Below are positions 63,970 through 64,000 of a DNA stretch of 64,000 bases, one piece after another. This DNA is from a virus (taxonomy: Duplodnaviria; Caudoviricetes): positions 12,279 to 76,278 of the IMG/VR virus record IMGVR_UViG_3300027715_000011. One strand, given 5' to 3'. Under the pieces are notes generated by a model, which searched no databases, was not told the origin of the DNA, and worked only from the letters and a program-made list of their open reading frames with translations. Positions within the stretch are counted from its first letter, which is position 1, and each line of letters starts with the position of its first letter. Made by a program: the position numbers and the translations under genes.

Positions 63970-64000
63970 GAACCAACCGTGTCAACGACTACAGTCGAGT
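63970..64000 (+). repeat. 31-bp direct repeat, copy 2 (may extend past the window)
   Basis: Identical to 60665-60695. Confidence 0.9.

Noticed and set aside
60665-64000. CRISPR array from the 31-bp repeat
   Set aside because: Only two copies 3.3 kb apart with genes between them; no spacer periodicity and no cas genes.
1-64000. Borg-like element
   Set aside because: No perfect tandem direct-repeat arrays typical of Borgs were seen, and the gene content looks phage-like.

Overview
This 64 kb window looks like part of a large tailed virus or virus-like extrachromosomal element of an archaeon, most plausibly a methanogen. The archaeal call rests on an archaeal-type tRNA-Tyr (C1:G72, short variable arm), a Hef-type helicase, an archaeal-type ThyA and TATA-like boxes directly upstream of start codons. 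No capsid, terminase or polymerase gene is recognisable here. Left half (1-28 kb): mixed-strand nucleic-acid metabolism and RNA-repair genes (DRB0094/Rnl5 ligase, Thg1-like, RtcB, class II CCA-adding/HD enzyme, ATP-dependent DNA ligase, Hef helicase, MT-A70 methylase, phosphoesterases), a minus-strand tRNA cluster, two TnpA-less TnpB elements plus a remnant, and a ~900-nt hairpin-dense non-coding segment (7670-8590) containing a tRNA-like domain with a truncated anticodon arm. A ~900 bp AT-rich gap (28.15-29.04 kb) separates the halves. Right half: almost entirely + strand. It holds HTH proteins, ThyA, a cluster of polyvalent-type proteins (three paralogous HExxH zincin domains each followed by a paralogous small domain, degenerate ADP-ribosyltransferase-like repeats, and a shared leader motif also found at 3191-4582), a DNA methylase, AdoMetDC, a T4 Rnl1-type ligase, a DHH phosphoesterase, and many small hypothetical genes ending in tandem paralogue arrays with a repeated TAGGAGAGAA motif. 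All annotations are by-eye motif recognition; no database search was run.
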